Positions 26,801 to 57,317 of a DNA stretch of 64,000 bases are shown one piece after another. A program made the translations under genes and the position numbers. Source of the DNA: Balanoglossus misakiensis (taxonomy: Eukaryota; Animalia; Hemichordata); assembly GCA_040954595.2 (NCBI GenBank), contig CM082578.2, positions 15,112,998 through 15,176,997 on the forward strand, read 5' to 3'. Each line of letters starts with the position of its first letter. Within the stretch, counting starts at the first letter, position 1. The notes beneath the pieces were generated by a model. That model was given only the letters and a program-made list of their open reading frames with translations. It made no database searches and was not told the DNA's origin.

Positions 26801-29403
26801 GATTACTTTCAAGTTTTGTTTGCAGGTTCTTTGAAATTTGAGAGGAAGGTTGCTTGGGATAATGTATGATGTGTTGAAAATGTGATGAAAACTTCATTCT
26901 GTTTTAAAAAAGATTTGTTTTTTTCTCTTTCAGATTCTGCATCGTGTTGTAGACAGAGTAAGTGTGGGATCAGCACCCTGTGTTTGCCCATGAAAGATAG
27001 ACGAGTTTTCCTTGCAATATTAATCCAGAGTGTCTTGGCATTTTGTGGCTCAATATTGTCAGAGGTAGGTGTTTAATCTGCTGTGTATTGCTTTCAATAC
27101 ACAGGTCAATTTAATACCTTGTATAGACTACAATTGTTCAGGTTAATTGTTGTGTGATACAAACAGTGCATTATCGAGTATTATATTATACCAGTATATT
27201 GATGGTGTAAATCACGCTATTTGATTGGTCGAGACACGACACGTGACCGTGATATATTAGCCATATACCACAGTCATATATCATAGTTAAAGAAAATGCC
27301 TTTTTAAAACGTTTTATGCAAAGTTTCAATATACTGGCATAATATAATAGCAATAAAACACCCCCAGCCATGGTATACCACTCGATTTTGACCAGTTCAA
27401 CTCCATATACGCACTCGCTATCGCTCGTGCGTATATGTCGTGAACTGGTCAAAATCTCGTGATATACCATGGCTGGGGGTGTTTTATTGCTTAAATATTC
27501 ATCTTTACAAATTTGGTGATTCTGATGTAAAATTCTCATTTCATTTCAGCTATTGCCACTGTTATTAGTGACAAACTATCAACATGGTGGATATGACTTT
27601 GACACAACTGAAATCTCATTGTTGTACAGCATATTGACAATTCCAGAGATGGTGTACCAGGTAGACAATCTTTCGTCTTGTTGCATAAATATGCTGTTTT
27701 TACCATTTTGACTAATTTGTAACAGTTAAAACAGTTTCATCAAAATTTCTGATGTCAAAAGTGTTTGACAACTGTTTATTTTCTCTTGTAGATACTGATC
27801 TACCCCAAGATGGTGAAGATTTTGGGACTGAAGAGAGTTCTGCAAATTGCTTTTGTGATTGGTTCCTTGTTCTTTGCTCTAATACCGTCCATCAACAGAA
27901 TCGCTGGTCCCATCAATACGAACTATAGTAGCAGTACTTACATCTTGGGACCTGCAAGGCATGTTGCTATGGCAACTGTTCCTCAGGTTTTTCCATCCCC
28001 TGAAAGTCAGACACTTAGCAGCCAGCAGGGGCAGCTTGACTTTGAAGTTTTGAATCACAGGAAGGAATCTCGTGGCCTTGAAGATATTGATAGGATGCAA
28101 AACGATCATGGAATTCATGTTGAACAATTTAGCCAGCTGTCTCAAATGGATTCACAGAACAATTTCGCCATTCAAGCAGCACAGAGCACCATGACGTACG
28201 GTGACTGGTCACCATGGACTAATATCACAGATAATTTGATTAAACAGTGCAAGATATTAACTGGGAGCAAGGGAGATAGACCTGTACCTCTGAAAAGAAT
28301 ACCCATCAAAGTGTGGGCCATTTTGGTTCTCGTTATCACAGGCAGTATAATGGCAAGGTAACATTGAGACGTTGGTTATAAGGTTGAATTATTTGACAGG
28401 ATGCTGGCCTCCTCTAGAGAGCAAATTGAAGTGATAGAATTAATGTTTGATGCATGTGTCCTGGGACAAGTGCCATGAAATATTTATTGCTGGAAAGTAA
28501 TCGCCATTATCAAGAAGTTTGGAGTAAAACGATTTTGATCTTCTATTTTCTCAGATTGTCAGCATTTATATCATCAACTATCATAATTGGAAATGTCTGT
28601 CTGGTAGGTTGAAATATCAACACTTTCTTACAATGCATGATGGGTGCTATTGTCATTTGAAGGTCATAGTAATGTCAGTGGTGATTGTAACAGTAGTGTA
28701 TTGTTCAGCCATTGTAGCAATTGTTTTTATATTTTAATTTTGCACTAGAAGAAAAAAAAGAATCTGTAAAATTGGGTTAGATGATGAAAACAATTTATTA
28801 GTGTTTACTGTTAATCTGTTGTCTTTGTTTTTTCTTTTTCAAGCCCAAGGACAAAGGAACAGTGTATGGAATTGCTCAGTCAGTGACTGCTGCCTTCAGA
28901 TGTGTGGGCCCTATAGCAGGAAGTAATTTCTTTGCATGGACTGAAGAAAACGGTGTGTTGGTTGCTTTTTCATTATCACTGTGGGATTAACAAAAATTAA
29001 TACAAGACATTTGATCAACAAAATAATCATACACTATGGGATGTGTAAATATGAGTCCTTTATTAAGACACAACTATAATGCATGACAGTGTCCACCATT
29101 CAGTTTAAAATTATGTGCAATAGACTGCAATTTTTGTAGCTTGGAGAATTTTTTTTATATATTAGGTGACTAGATATGAAATACTGTTATTTGACAATGG
29201 TCTCCAAGCCATTATCATTTTGTCTGTTTACTTGTTTGTGTTTGCTTACAGGGTTATCATGGCCGTTGAATTACCATTTGATATTTTATTTGCTGGCAGT
29301 AATCTTGAATGTGGCTTGTGGGATGAGTTTCTGTCTTCCAAACTCTATTAATAAAAAGAGAGTAGAAGAGGATGAAGATACAGATGAGAGGGTTACTGTG
29401 TAA
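23823..29403 (+). CDS. MFS transporter, ZIFL/YCR023C-like, tandem copy 2
   Basis: Same exon series and phases as copy 1: LPWKK, WGALSDRYGRRP, GLVNGNIAVAKTYLSEICDD, FPYLLPC, LPNSINKKRVEE; stop at 29401-29403. Confidence 0.88.
27181..27497. mobile_element. Non-autonomous element with ~70-bp-arm imperfect hairpin (Crypton-like/MITE-like), in an intron of MFS copy 2
   Basis: Inverted repeat at 27349-27491: AGCAATAAAACACCCCCAGCCATGGTATA...TATACCATGGCTGGGGGTGTTTTATTGCT. Absent from the shorter equivalent intron of copy 1 (20340-20550). Family assignment is by resemblance only. Confidence 0.65.
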
Positions 29404-31307
29404 CAGTGTATTTATGGCATGCATTGATGTTAATTTCATGTACAATGCATTGATCCAAGTCAGAATAAATGGTGGTGGGGATGGGGGTTACACCTGGTGT
29501 TGTACACCTGGTGTTGGGAACATTTCCTGGGTTATTGGCCGGTGAAACCAACCAATCCAAATATGTACATTTCATTACTCTTTTAAAAATCACACGTGCA
29601 GTCCCAGTGATTATGATTTCTCATGTGCAAAGTACATGTATACTTAAATTAATAATCACGAAAATAATATATTCAACGTTACAGTTTGCAGTATATGTTC
29701 TTGTTCTTGACCTTGTGTATGCGTAGAATTTCTCTGACCAAAGTAAGATTTTTTTTTAATACCATGCTTTTTCTGTAAGCTTAAAATTGGTCCCTTCAAA
29801 AACATCCCAAGACGTGTACGATTTTGTACTTAATATGGATTTGCTATTGGTGGTGAAATCCGTATTTTGTATTGTTTTATCAAAGTACACAAAAACAAGT
29901 TATAAGAAAAAATGTATTTTGAAAGAAATTGACATCTGAGATCAGCTTCAATGTTTAGACAGTATTTCGCCATTTGAATAATATCTTGTCACGTGCATCA
30001 AAATGCATCAATGAATTGTAAACAGTTTCAAACAGAAAATTTTATGGTTTACCACCATAGGTAAATGGGAACACGGACCGTCGATTGAGGGCGCTCTATT
30101 AGTCTCCACCATATCTAAAATCAGTTTCAGAAGACGATAGATAGTAGCCACATGTAATGAGATGTTTTGGAGACGCATACTATAATTTAATACATGTATA
30201 GCCTTTTCCGGTTTTATCGTAATGACCGAGTCACCCTATCGACGGAGTGCAAGTCCTACACACGACCAATCACACACTTCGTCGCAAACCATGCCAATGT
30301 GAAAATTGAGAACACGTGAGGATCCTCCTGGTGTACATGTGTTCTGGCAGACACGATGCAACGATTTATTTATTGTTACTGAAAATTATACGATAAATTG
30401 TCACGAATTCGTCAACAGCCTGCAACCACTACAAAGTAATGTGAAACATCCACAATTTGTCGAATATATAGGCCTATCTCTTTTTGTTACGGTATCGAAC
30501 CCGACAGGGGGAAATTATCACTCGTGCAGAAGCCTCAGCAAACAAATTATCGATAACAGTCTATAAATTATCTGTTGTTAGGTTGCAAGGTACCCAGCTC
30601 GACAGTACAGGCCGTGGAATTTTTAAGGCGACATAGCATGCATTCGACAACGGAAGAGCAGTGATTGGAAACCTTATTTCGGCGTTGAGGTATGGAATGA
30701 AGTCTCGCCAGTTTCAATGCCCCTTTGTTTAAATTTGTATTAATTTTCTGATAGGGATTCAGCGAAAGCTGCCAGAACCACATGGACAGCCCCAGTGCGC
30801 ATGCTTTGCTTGTGCGACATTCATCAGTGAAACGTCACATATAGGTGAATCTTCATCAGTTGTGCTGGATCTCTGAAGATTATTGCATCTAACTTTCAAG
30901 GTAATCAGCTTATCTAATACCATTTCTGACACGAAATGCATCATGCGTTATTGTTCCTGTGTTTGAATTTTGTAACTTGCTAGTCTGCAATGAGCTAAGT
31001 ACCCAGTGGCAACGTACAAGACATACTGTCGCCGGTTTACGGTATTTTGTGGTTTATCGCGATGCAGTACCCACCGGCAGACTAACGCTGTAGCGCGCAG
31101 ACCTGCAGCGTTTGATGCCGTCTCCCCGTTTTCACTGATTGACTTTGCAGTAACTCGCACAACTACTGCGGTTGTCTGAAGTTGGTTGAGGCAGGGTACA
31201 GCTCGAACAACACATCGCAACAAGAGAACAAGACGTTTTATTCAGTTATCGGTTATTTTTATCCCTTGTCATTTTTCCCTTCGCAGTGACGACATAGACG
31301 CCGAATA

Positions 31308-45040
<13,733 letters not shown>

Positions 45041-45183
45041 AACCATCTTGAATTTCTTTTCTATGAATGATTTGCTTATTCTATTAAGTAATTGATTGTC
45101 TGCTCCACACTACTTTGTCATCATGTATGGTGGCCATGCATGCCATTGAGAATTGCCAATTGCTACAAAACCAATTGTGTTGT

Positions 45184-45252
45184 ACCACCACCACCACCAT
45201 CACCACTACCACCGCTATACTACATGTACTACTACTACCACCACTATTACCA
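45184..45252. repeat. (ACC)/(ACT) low-complexity repeat downstream of the RTK stop
   Basis: accaccaccaccaccatcaccactac...actactactaccacc. Confidence 0.7.
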
Positions 45253-48200
45253 TTCTACATATTTTGTTTGAAACTATAAAATACATTTTAGAATGGTTAC
45301 CCTAGTATATTTAAGTGCAATATACTGCTGGACTCACAAAATTCCACCTGACTTAAGATTATGATGATCAGCACATACATGTATACACTATAATCAAGTT
45401 GGTACTCACTTTGCCCAAGCGTCTATATAAATGTTCAATTGACTGCTTCACATAAATGTAACTTTGTTATCCAGCTGTATTATCCTAATTCTTTTACATG
45501 ACTACAGTTCAAGAAATGCCCATCATAACCCAGAGAACAGTTGATGTCTCTATAAAGCTTCTAGTAACTGTGCATGAGGCAACTACTTGTGCCTTATTAA
45601 CATGGTTTGCGGTAGCCCTTCAAAGATAGACTCTATCCTAGAGGGCCAGATTTTAGTTTCATCAGACGTGTGATTAGTAGACAATACAAATTATGAAACT
45701 TTCCTTCTTATGCTGGTTAGTTGCTTAACCCAATCTAGGGGCAAGAATTCTATCTTGTGATTCAAACAATCAAATTATTTGGTGAAATTCTTGTGGCGAC
45801 CTTAAGTATATTTTTCTTTTAGTGCATGCGCTTGAGATTTCCATTAATCAATATTTCTGGAGTTGTTTTGTCATTCATTTCATGACAAGAAGTACATTGT
45901 TCTTTGTCCATAGTGGCGTGAATTTTATTTGGAAATGAAATGAAGAAACATCAGTGGATTTTCATACTATATATCATGGTTTATAAGTTTTAGGATATTG
46001 TGGTATATAAAACTTGTGAATGTTAAACAGCTTAATTGTAGTCTTCAAAATGAGTAATACTGTACTTTATTCAGTTTGTATACGGTGTTCAGAATAATAT
46101 ATGTGTGTGACATTTTTGTTGTTGTTGATAATATCTGACATTAAATTACAATGTGGGTTTGAATATAATGTACAAGTAGTTCTGCTATCAAATGAAGTCG
46201 ACACCAGACAGCCATTTTGTTTCAACATTTTTATGTCTAATACAATGTGCTTGAACCAACTTATAATACAATTAAGTGTACAAGGAAGATTTGCTGTGAC
46301 ATATATGTGCACATCAGTACACTTCATGATGTCAAGGAGAGCTTAGTCCAGCAAACATGAGTTCTTTTGAAGTTGGGACATCACAATCGTTTGGCAATAT
46401 AATCAAATATGGCTGCTGGTCGGTCAATTTTCCCCCATTTTTTCAAGAGTTGAGCTCTGACACATTTACTTCAAAACGGAAACATTTTCCTATTATCTGG
46501 ATTCATTAATTACTTGACCAGATGTGTGTTCCTTGATTTCTGACAAATTGTCGCAAAGGATGCATTGTTTTCAGATCATTTACTCAAAACAAGTATTTAG
46601 GGAAGTCACAGAAGTTCTATGATTAGTCATCCAGCAGTTGACAATGTAGTAGGCAAGCATTTTTTACTGGTGTGTGTATATGTAGCTAACTATGGTAATT
46701 TGAGATTTGCATGCAGAGAGTTGGTGGCCATGATGAGCTGTTTTCCTGCTCATTCATGTACATACATGTACATGTGTACGTACATTGTTCTCACGTCTCT
46801 CACATGTTTTTTTTATGGCTTATCCAAGAAAACATTAGAGACGAGAAGACGAGAGTGCAAGAACTGCTGAGCACTTTTATTGAGTAGGCATATTACAAAC
46901 TATAGTCACAGTTATCTCTGTAGACTAGGAAAATTCCATGACAACATACAGGAAATACAGAGGCAAGAAAGGCAGACAGCAAGATGGCCGCCAATATATA
47001 TTTCTAACGTTTCAAAAAATTTGAATATTTTGTCCCGTACCCCATTTACATGATTTCATCTGAAAACTGTTAGAGCATGACTGTACAAGATAATCGCCTT
47101 TGAGAACAAAAGGCAATAAATGTTGTATTTGGAATTTGTCTGTTGTGTTTTTCTTTACTGCCAAAACAATTTCCCCTCTTTTAACATAAACAGCTGCGTA
47201 TTAAGAACACTGTACATTATGTTAAATGGACTTATCTGCCACCAAATTGTTCACTAGATTATAGCTTTAATGGAAAATATAAACTAAGGCAGCTTTTAAA
47301 ATCCTTGTACAATGAACTTGGAACCCCTGGCACATACTCCGAGGGGCACCACATGTTAATTCCCTTACCACTCAACCATCAGAAGATGATTTCAGACCAG
47401 ACCCTGGTAAACAATTTGAATAGGATCTGGAACATTTTATGCTGGGTCTATAATTGGACATGATAATCTTGAAAGTCTTCTAAACAGCCTTTAAATCAGA
47501 GCATTATATTGCAGCCTGTGACTGCGATCTGTATACATTCCATTTACTAGTATGGGCTAATGTATCATTCATTCACCCGTATCCATTAGAAGTCAATTTG
47601 GCTGATGAAGAAAAGAGAGTGACATGGTTCCATCAGGGACAAAATGCCAATGCTTTCTATGGCTCACTGCACTGAACTTGTCTCTGTAATGTTCTCCACA
47701 TGAATGAATAGGATGGCCAAGTTAGTATTAGATGTACACACAGTATGACAGTAACTGTTCAATCAACTTGTACTATATATATTGTATTTTTCAGACCACA
47801 TTTTGCAACTGTTGTGCATTCTTTTATCATTGGAATACATGTCCAATCCATTGTTCAAAATGATTTTACTTATATGACCTGCTTCACCAGCCTTGGATTA
47901 AATAGCACTGATTTTTAATGTGAATTTTGGCAGTGTTACTGTAAGAGCAGTTCTTTACTAGTTAGAATCCATTTTATATCACAGAGCTGTAAGTTGAGAC
48001 ATTCCTCTCCCTGGCCTCTCCAACCACTGCCTGGGATGATACATAATAGCATAAGAAGAAGACTGGTGCGGTTTCTATGGATACCAAGTCAGGATATCCA
48101 TTTTCACAAAAATGCACAAAATTACAAAATAATAGTTTTCCAAGAAAATCTTCTTGCTACTTTTATTGAAATCTCCACATACAAAGTCATGTCATGGAGT

Positions 48201-48555
48201 CTGATAGAATGATACATTGATAACTGTAGCACTGGTTTTACAATCTATTTCATTTCAAAAACACACTAAAGTACATCATGTAATTAGTTGAATTTTAGAA
48301 AGCATGCCATTTATTAATGGTTATGATCTGAAGAATTTTACAGAAAGGTGCCAGTCTGATATTTTATGTAAAATGATCTTTACCAATACACACAATAACT
48401 GCTTGTGTTAAGTTCATTTTCAAATGCGAAATTGTCTAGCCAACACTGGCTACATCAAACAAAGCTCATATAGAAATGAATGGTTGCGTTTTCATTGATG
48501 TTAAAGTGTAGAAGACCTATGAATGCAAATGACCACACAGTCTATTGGATTAGCA

Positions 48556-50889
48556 TCACTGCTCAGCATCTGGATCACGTTTTCCTCTGTTTTGTCGTAG
48601 GATTTCTCCTGGACTTGGATACGGCCTTTGTTGGAAGAGTGGACCGTTGGCCGTAGTGTCTACTCCAGTCTTGGCCTCCCCTTTGATGACCATGCCAGAC
48701 GACCACGTACCTCTGTGAGAACAGGATGAAAGGTTTAGAGTTACACTGAGTTGCCAACTTGCAATTTCCTCTAATGTTCACACATTTTTTCTTGAGCCTT
48801 TTCACACAATTCAGTTAAGGCCATACAGGTATTTTCCTACATATGGCACTCGCACCACAAACTACATGATTTCCTGAATAAAAATTCAGACCCAAGATTC
48901 TGTTTGCATTGTCATCAAAACTGAGCACAAAAGCAGATACATGTAACATAGGATGGGTTGACTTACCTTGGTGTATCAGAGTATGCACTGGGATCCATGG
49001 GGTCCAACTCATCTTGAAATCTCCGCTTACCTAAAATCAAATATTTTTTTACTCAACTGTCAGTTATTAATAATAAGATTTGATTCAGAATTCAGCTATA
49101 ATCTTATCACATATTTTTGCTGGACTCAAATTGCACACATGGTAAATGTACCTTTTTGTGACTTCTGATATGGTGCACTGCCTTTTCTGGAATCATGAAA
49201 TCGTCTTTTCTCTCGAGTCGGTCCACCACCCGAGTCCTCCTGCAAGTACACAGATACAAATGTAGCAGACTCAAATCATTGTATGCTGGAGACAGCTCAC
49301 TTTGACACAAACATCATGGAGGTTTTGTCACATTCAGGCAATATGCATTTAAGACTCAGAATCTTATGGATACATGAATCCGTCCGTAACTCGTAATGAA
49401 ACAACACAACCTTTACATTTCAAAACAAAGTAAAAATTTAGGTGATTTTCTTACCAACTCACACACCCTACAGATTCCACTTGCATTGTGAATTTTTTTG
49501 CCACATTTCCAACAAGTTTCATGGATAACAGGTTCGGTGCCAGGTGGCTGTAGATCCGACTCGTCTGTGCTTCTACCATTGGTTGCATCTTCTGAATCTG
49601 AGTCGGTAGATTGTTGTTGCTGTTGTAGTTTGCTCACTGGCAGTGTGATTTTAGCATTTGGATCTAGATGGGAACAGTCATTCACAGAATTGTTACATGT
49701 ACAAGACCCACAAGCATAAATTTGTCTCCAGTCAACATCAGATTCAGTACCATACATGAATCAGTATAATCAACAATTTGTCAGAGATCATGTCCCACAG
49801 ACAACACTTGGTGTCATGGTGTAAGCAGAATGGACTCAGGAAACCAGACTTTTTACATTCTTCGTTCCTTACCTAATGGTGAAAGCCATGACACTTGGTC
49901 AGTAACAGTGTTCCAATAGTATGGCTGGCCCCTGCAGATGACAAAGATGCTTAACATTACCGGGATATCACAGTCTAATACTATTATATCAAAATTGTCA
50001 TGTACAAAGAGAATGAACTTGAAATTGACCACCAAATGGCAATTATCTCACTGAACTTTGTGTGCGCGTGTGTTTTATGACGTGGTAGCAAGTTACAGTT
50101 GAAATATATCATAGTGTCAAGTTGATATCTGTCCAAGTGCAAGTACATACGTGTTATCATCTACTGTTTTCACCCATCCTGGTGGCAAGTCTTCCCCACT
50201 AGTTGCCTTAGCTTGTTTCTTTCTTGGTTTTCCCCATCTCTCTTCACAAAACTTAGAACAAGTATGCCATTTATTCCATTTGTTCGGGCATCCTCCTTCC
50301 ATTTCTTCTTCTGTTTCATCATCACTTCCTTCAGAACTCTCACCATCCTCATCATCATGATCGTGGTGCTGATAGTAACCCGGGTTGACATCAGAATAAT
50401 CTTCTGCTATAATTTCTTCATTTGGATCTGATTCATGTGAAAAAAAAAAACCAACAACAATGTGGTACATGATGACTTGTACATGTATTCCCGTATCACT
50501 TTTATTATAAATGCAAAAGACCAGGGGGAGACGGACATCATGTTACCAATACAATGCCCTTGTATACCAGAGCTAAGTAATGCACCATTCATAGCAGTCA
50601 GTGATCAATGTGTAGGGTTCAAACGGAGAGGGGTTACCATTCACACACTGAAGGTGATTCTCCTTATTTAATACACTCTGGAAATTCTATTAATGATTCA
50701 CACAATCATATGCTATGACGTGACTAGTACAGTATATGTACATTCAGTTTAACTGAAACGTGCCTCGAATCGACAACCGGCGACTAAGCAACTAACGATT
50801 GTCGGCTACTGGGACGTACCTCCACTGTCATCTTGTTTGATTATGCCCCTCTTTTTTAACCTGGCGAGTAGTGTGGGCGGCAGTGGCAT
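48556..50889 (-). CDS. PQBP1: Polyglutamine-binding protein 1
   Basis: [17 protein letters not shown]; EEIIAEDY; WW domain [25 protein letters not shown]; [12 protein letters not shown]; [16 protein letters not shown]. Exons 50889-50820, 50427-50151, 49931-49873, 49663-49455, 49239-49152, 49030-48967, 48712-48556. Confidence 0.95.
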
Positions 50890-55454
<4,565 letters not shown>

Positions 55455-57317
55455 ATAAGTTTCTTGTCATCTTGCTATAAATTAATTGCCCTCTCGGCTG
55501 CTTTGTGAAATATCAGCCCAGGCAATTGTCTGCAAATTCTAGCCACAAACTTTGTTTTTATTTCTACAAAGTGTAAGTTATTTTTGTCAGGGCCTCAGCC
55601 AGCCTGGAACTGAATGAATACTTCAAATCTCAGTTATTTGAAGTGATGTTGGCATTTGAAAGATTTATTTTGGACCAGCGAGAATTTTTAATGTTTAATA
55701 TCAAGGACTTTCTAGATTACTATATTTTTTCTATAAATTAAGATCCGAATATGCCTCAAACCCTGGAACTAGACTGATAATAAACCATGACATTTCCTCA
55801 TTCACTGCAGTGTTCTATGATACCATGAAAAGACTGCCTAATAATAGCCTTCATCAATAACCCATTATTTACTGGCTCAATTTACACAAAGCTATCATCT
55901 GTAGAGTTGAAAGAAACATGATACGACAATTGTCTATCTTGTAATATGGAAGTCAATTAGATACAAGATCTTGACCAAATTGGGGTTGTATTGAAAATAT
56001 CCATGTAGTAGCAATATTTCTTTTCTGGGAGTTCCCTTAGTAGTTCTAATTTCAAAGGCTTTCAAAGTCAAATGTATGAGGCTCGACATTGATTTGGGTT
56101 CTTTAGTGCCTAATCTCATGTGGAGGTCTCAGTCAGGATTTTTGGTTAAATTGAGTGTATCAAGCATAAAACTACCACTAGACCTTTGCAGATGCTCACA
56201 TCACTGTGAAAATGCTATTTTAAGTACCTGGGTACAAGAAGTATGACTGAGACAGACTGTACGGTTAAGTTGACTTTATACAGAATCTGTATACCAAATT
56301 TTATTCAGTCATTCTTGAGATTTAATGTCACAAGTCACAAGTACAACAATCAATCTGGTGTGTGAACACGAAAGCTGAAAATGACAAACTCGCCCATCTG
56401 TATTGCTTCAGTATTGAATATGCATTGTGTAAAACATCACCAGATACACTTAATCTCTAGTTTTAGTGTTTTTTTTAAGTATTCATATTGCGTATCTCCG
56501 GATGAATCTATTTTGTATAACACTTTACAAATTTATAATGATTTATGGGGTAAGGTCTCAAATATATAGTCCAGACATTTCTAACAAGTCAACTGCTCTG
56601 CAAGTCAATTATTTTTATGTAGCCTATGTAAGGTGATACACCACTGAGAGAAAAAAATGAGCCCGTCTTTTGAAGGAGGGATACAATCATAGAGGACTAA
56701 CTACTGCATGCTGACAAAAACTGATGAAGGCCATGCCGTTTTTTTGCTAAGGTTGGGGAACATAGGTAAATGATTTGGGAACCCTGGTTACTCTTCTGCT
56801 ATCTATTCATATGTCTGCATTGATATACCGAAGGGAACCCAGATATTTACCTGTGTGTACCACCCTTAACAAAAACACTGTCACGTATCTTTGAAGGTAC
56901 ATAAAGTCAGAAAGATGTTACGAATTCGATATCACTAACAGAGAATGTAGTAAAACGTATTTATTTCACCTGCTGTGTGTTTTCCTGATTTAAAATAACT
57001 AGAATCATGAAACTGATATCTATTTACCGGTAAGATTCAACAAAACAACTGTAGACATGATAGAGTGACGTATGTTTATGAGAAACACATGCTGTCCTTT
57101 TTGTGTGCAATAGCCATTCTGTCCAATCACAACTACAGTCTAGTCACATTACATATTTTACAACACTGAAAGCCACATTTACATGTACAAACTGTATCTA
57201 GAGATGTAGTCTTTTCCACTTCTATAGCAACAAAGCACAACATGCAAGTAAAGAATTTGTTGCAACCACTATTTCATATTGATCTTCATTTTCTTGTCAT
57301 GTCTTTTTAGTCTCAGG

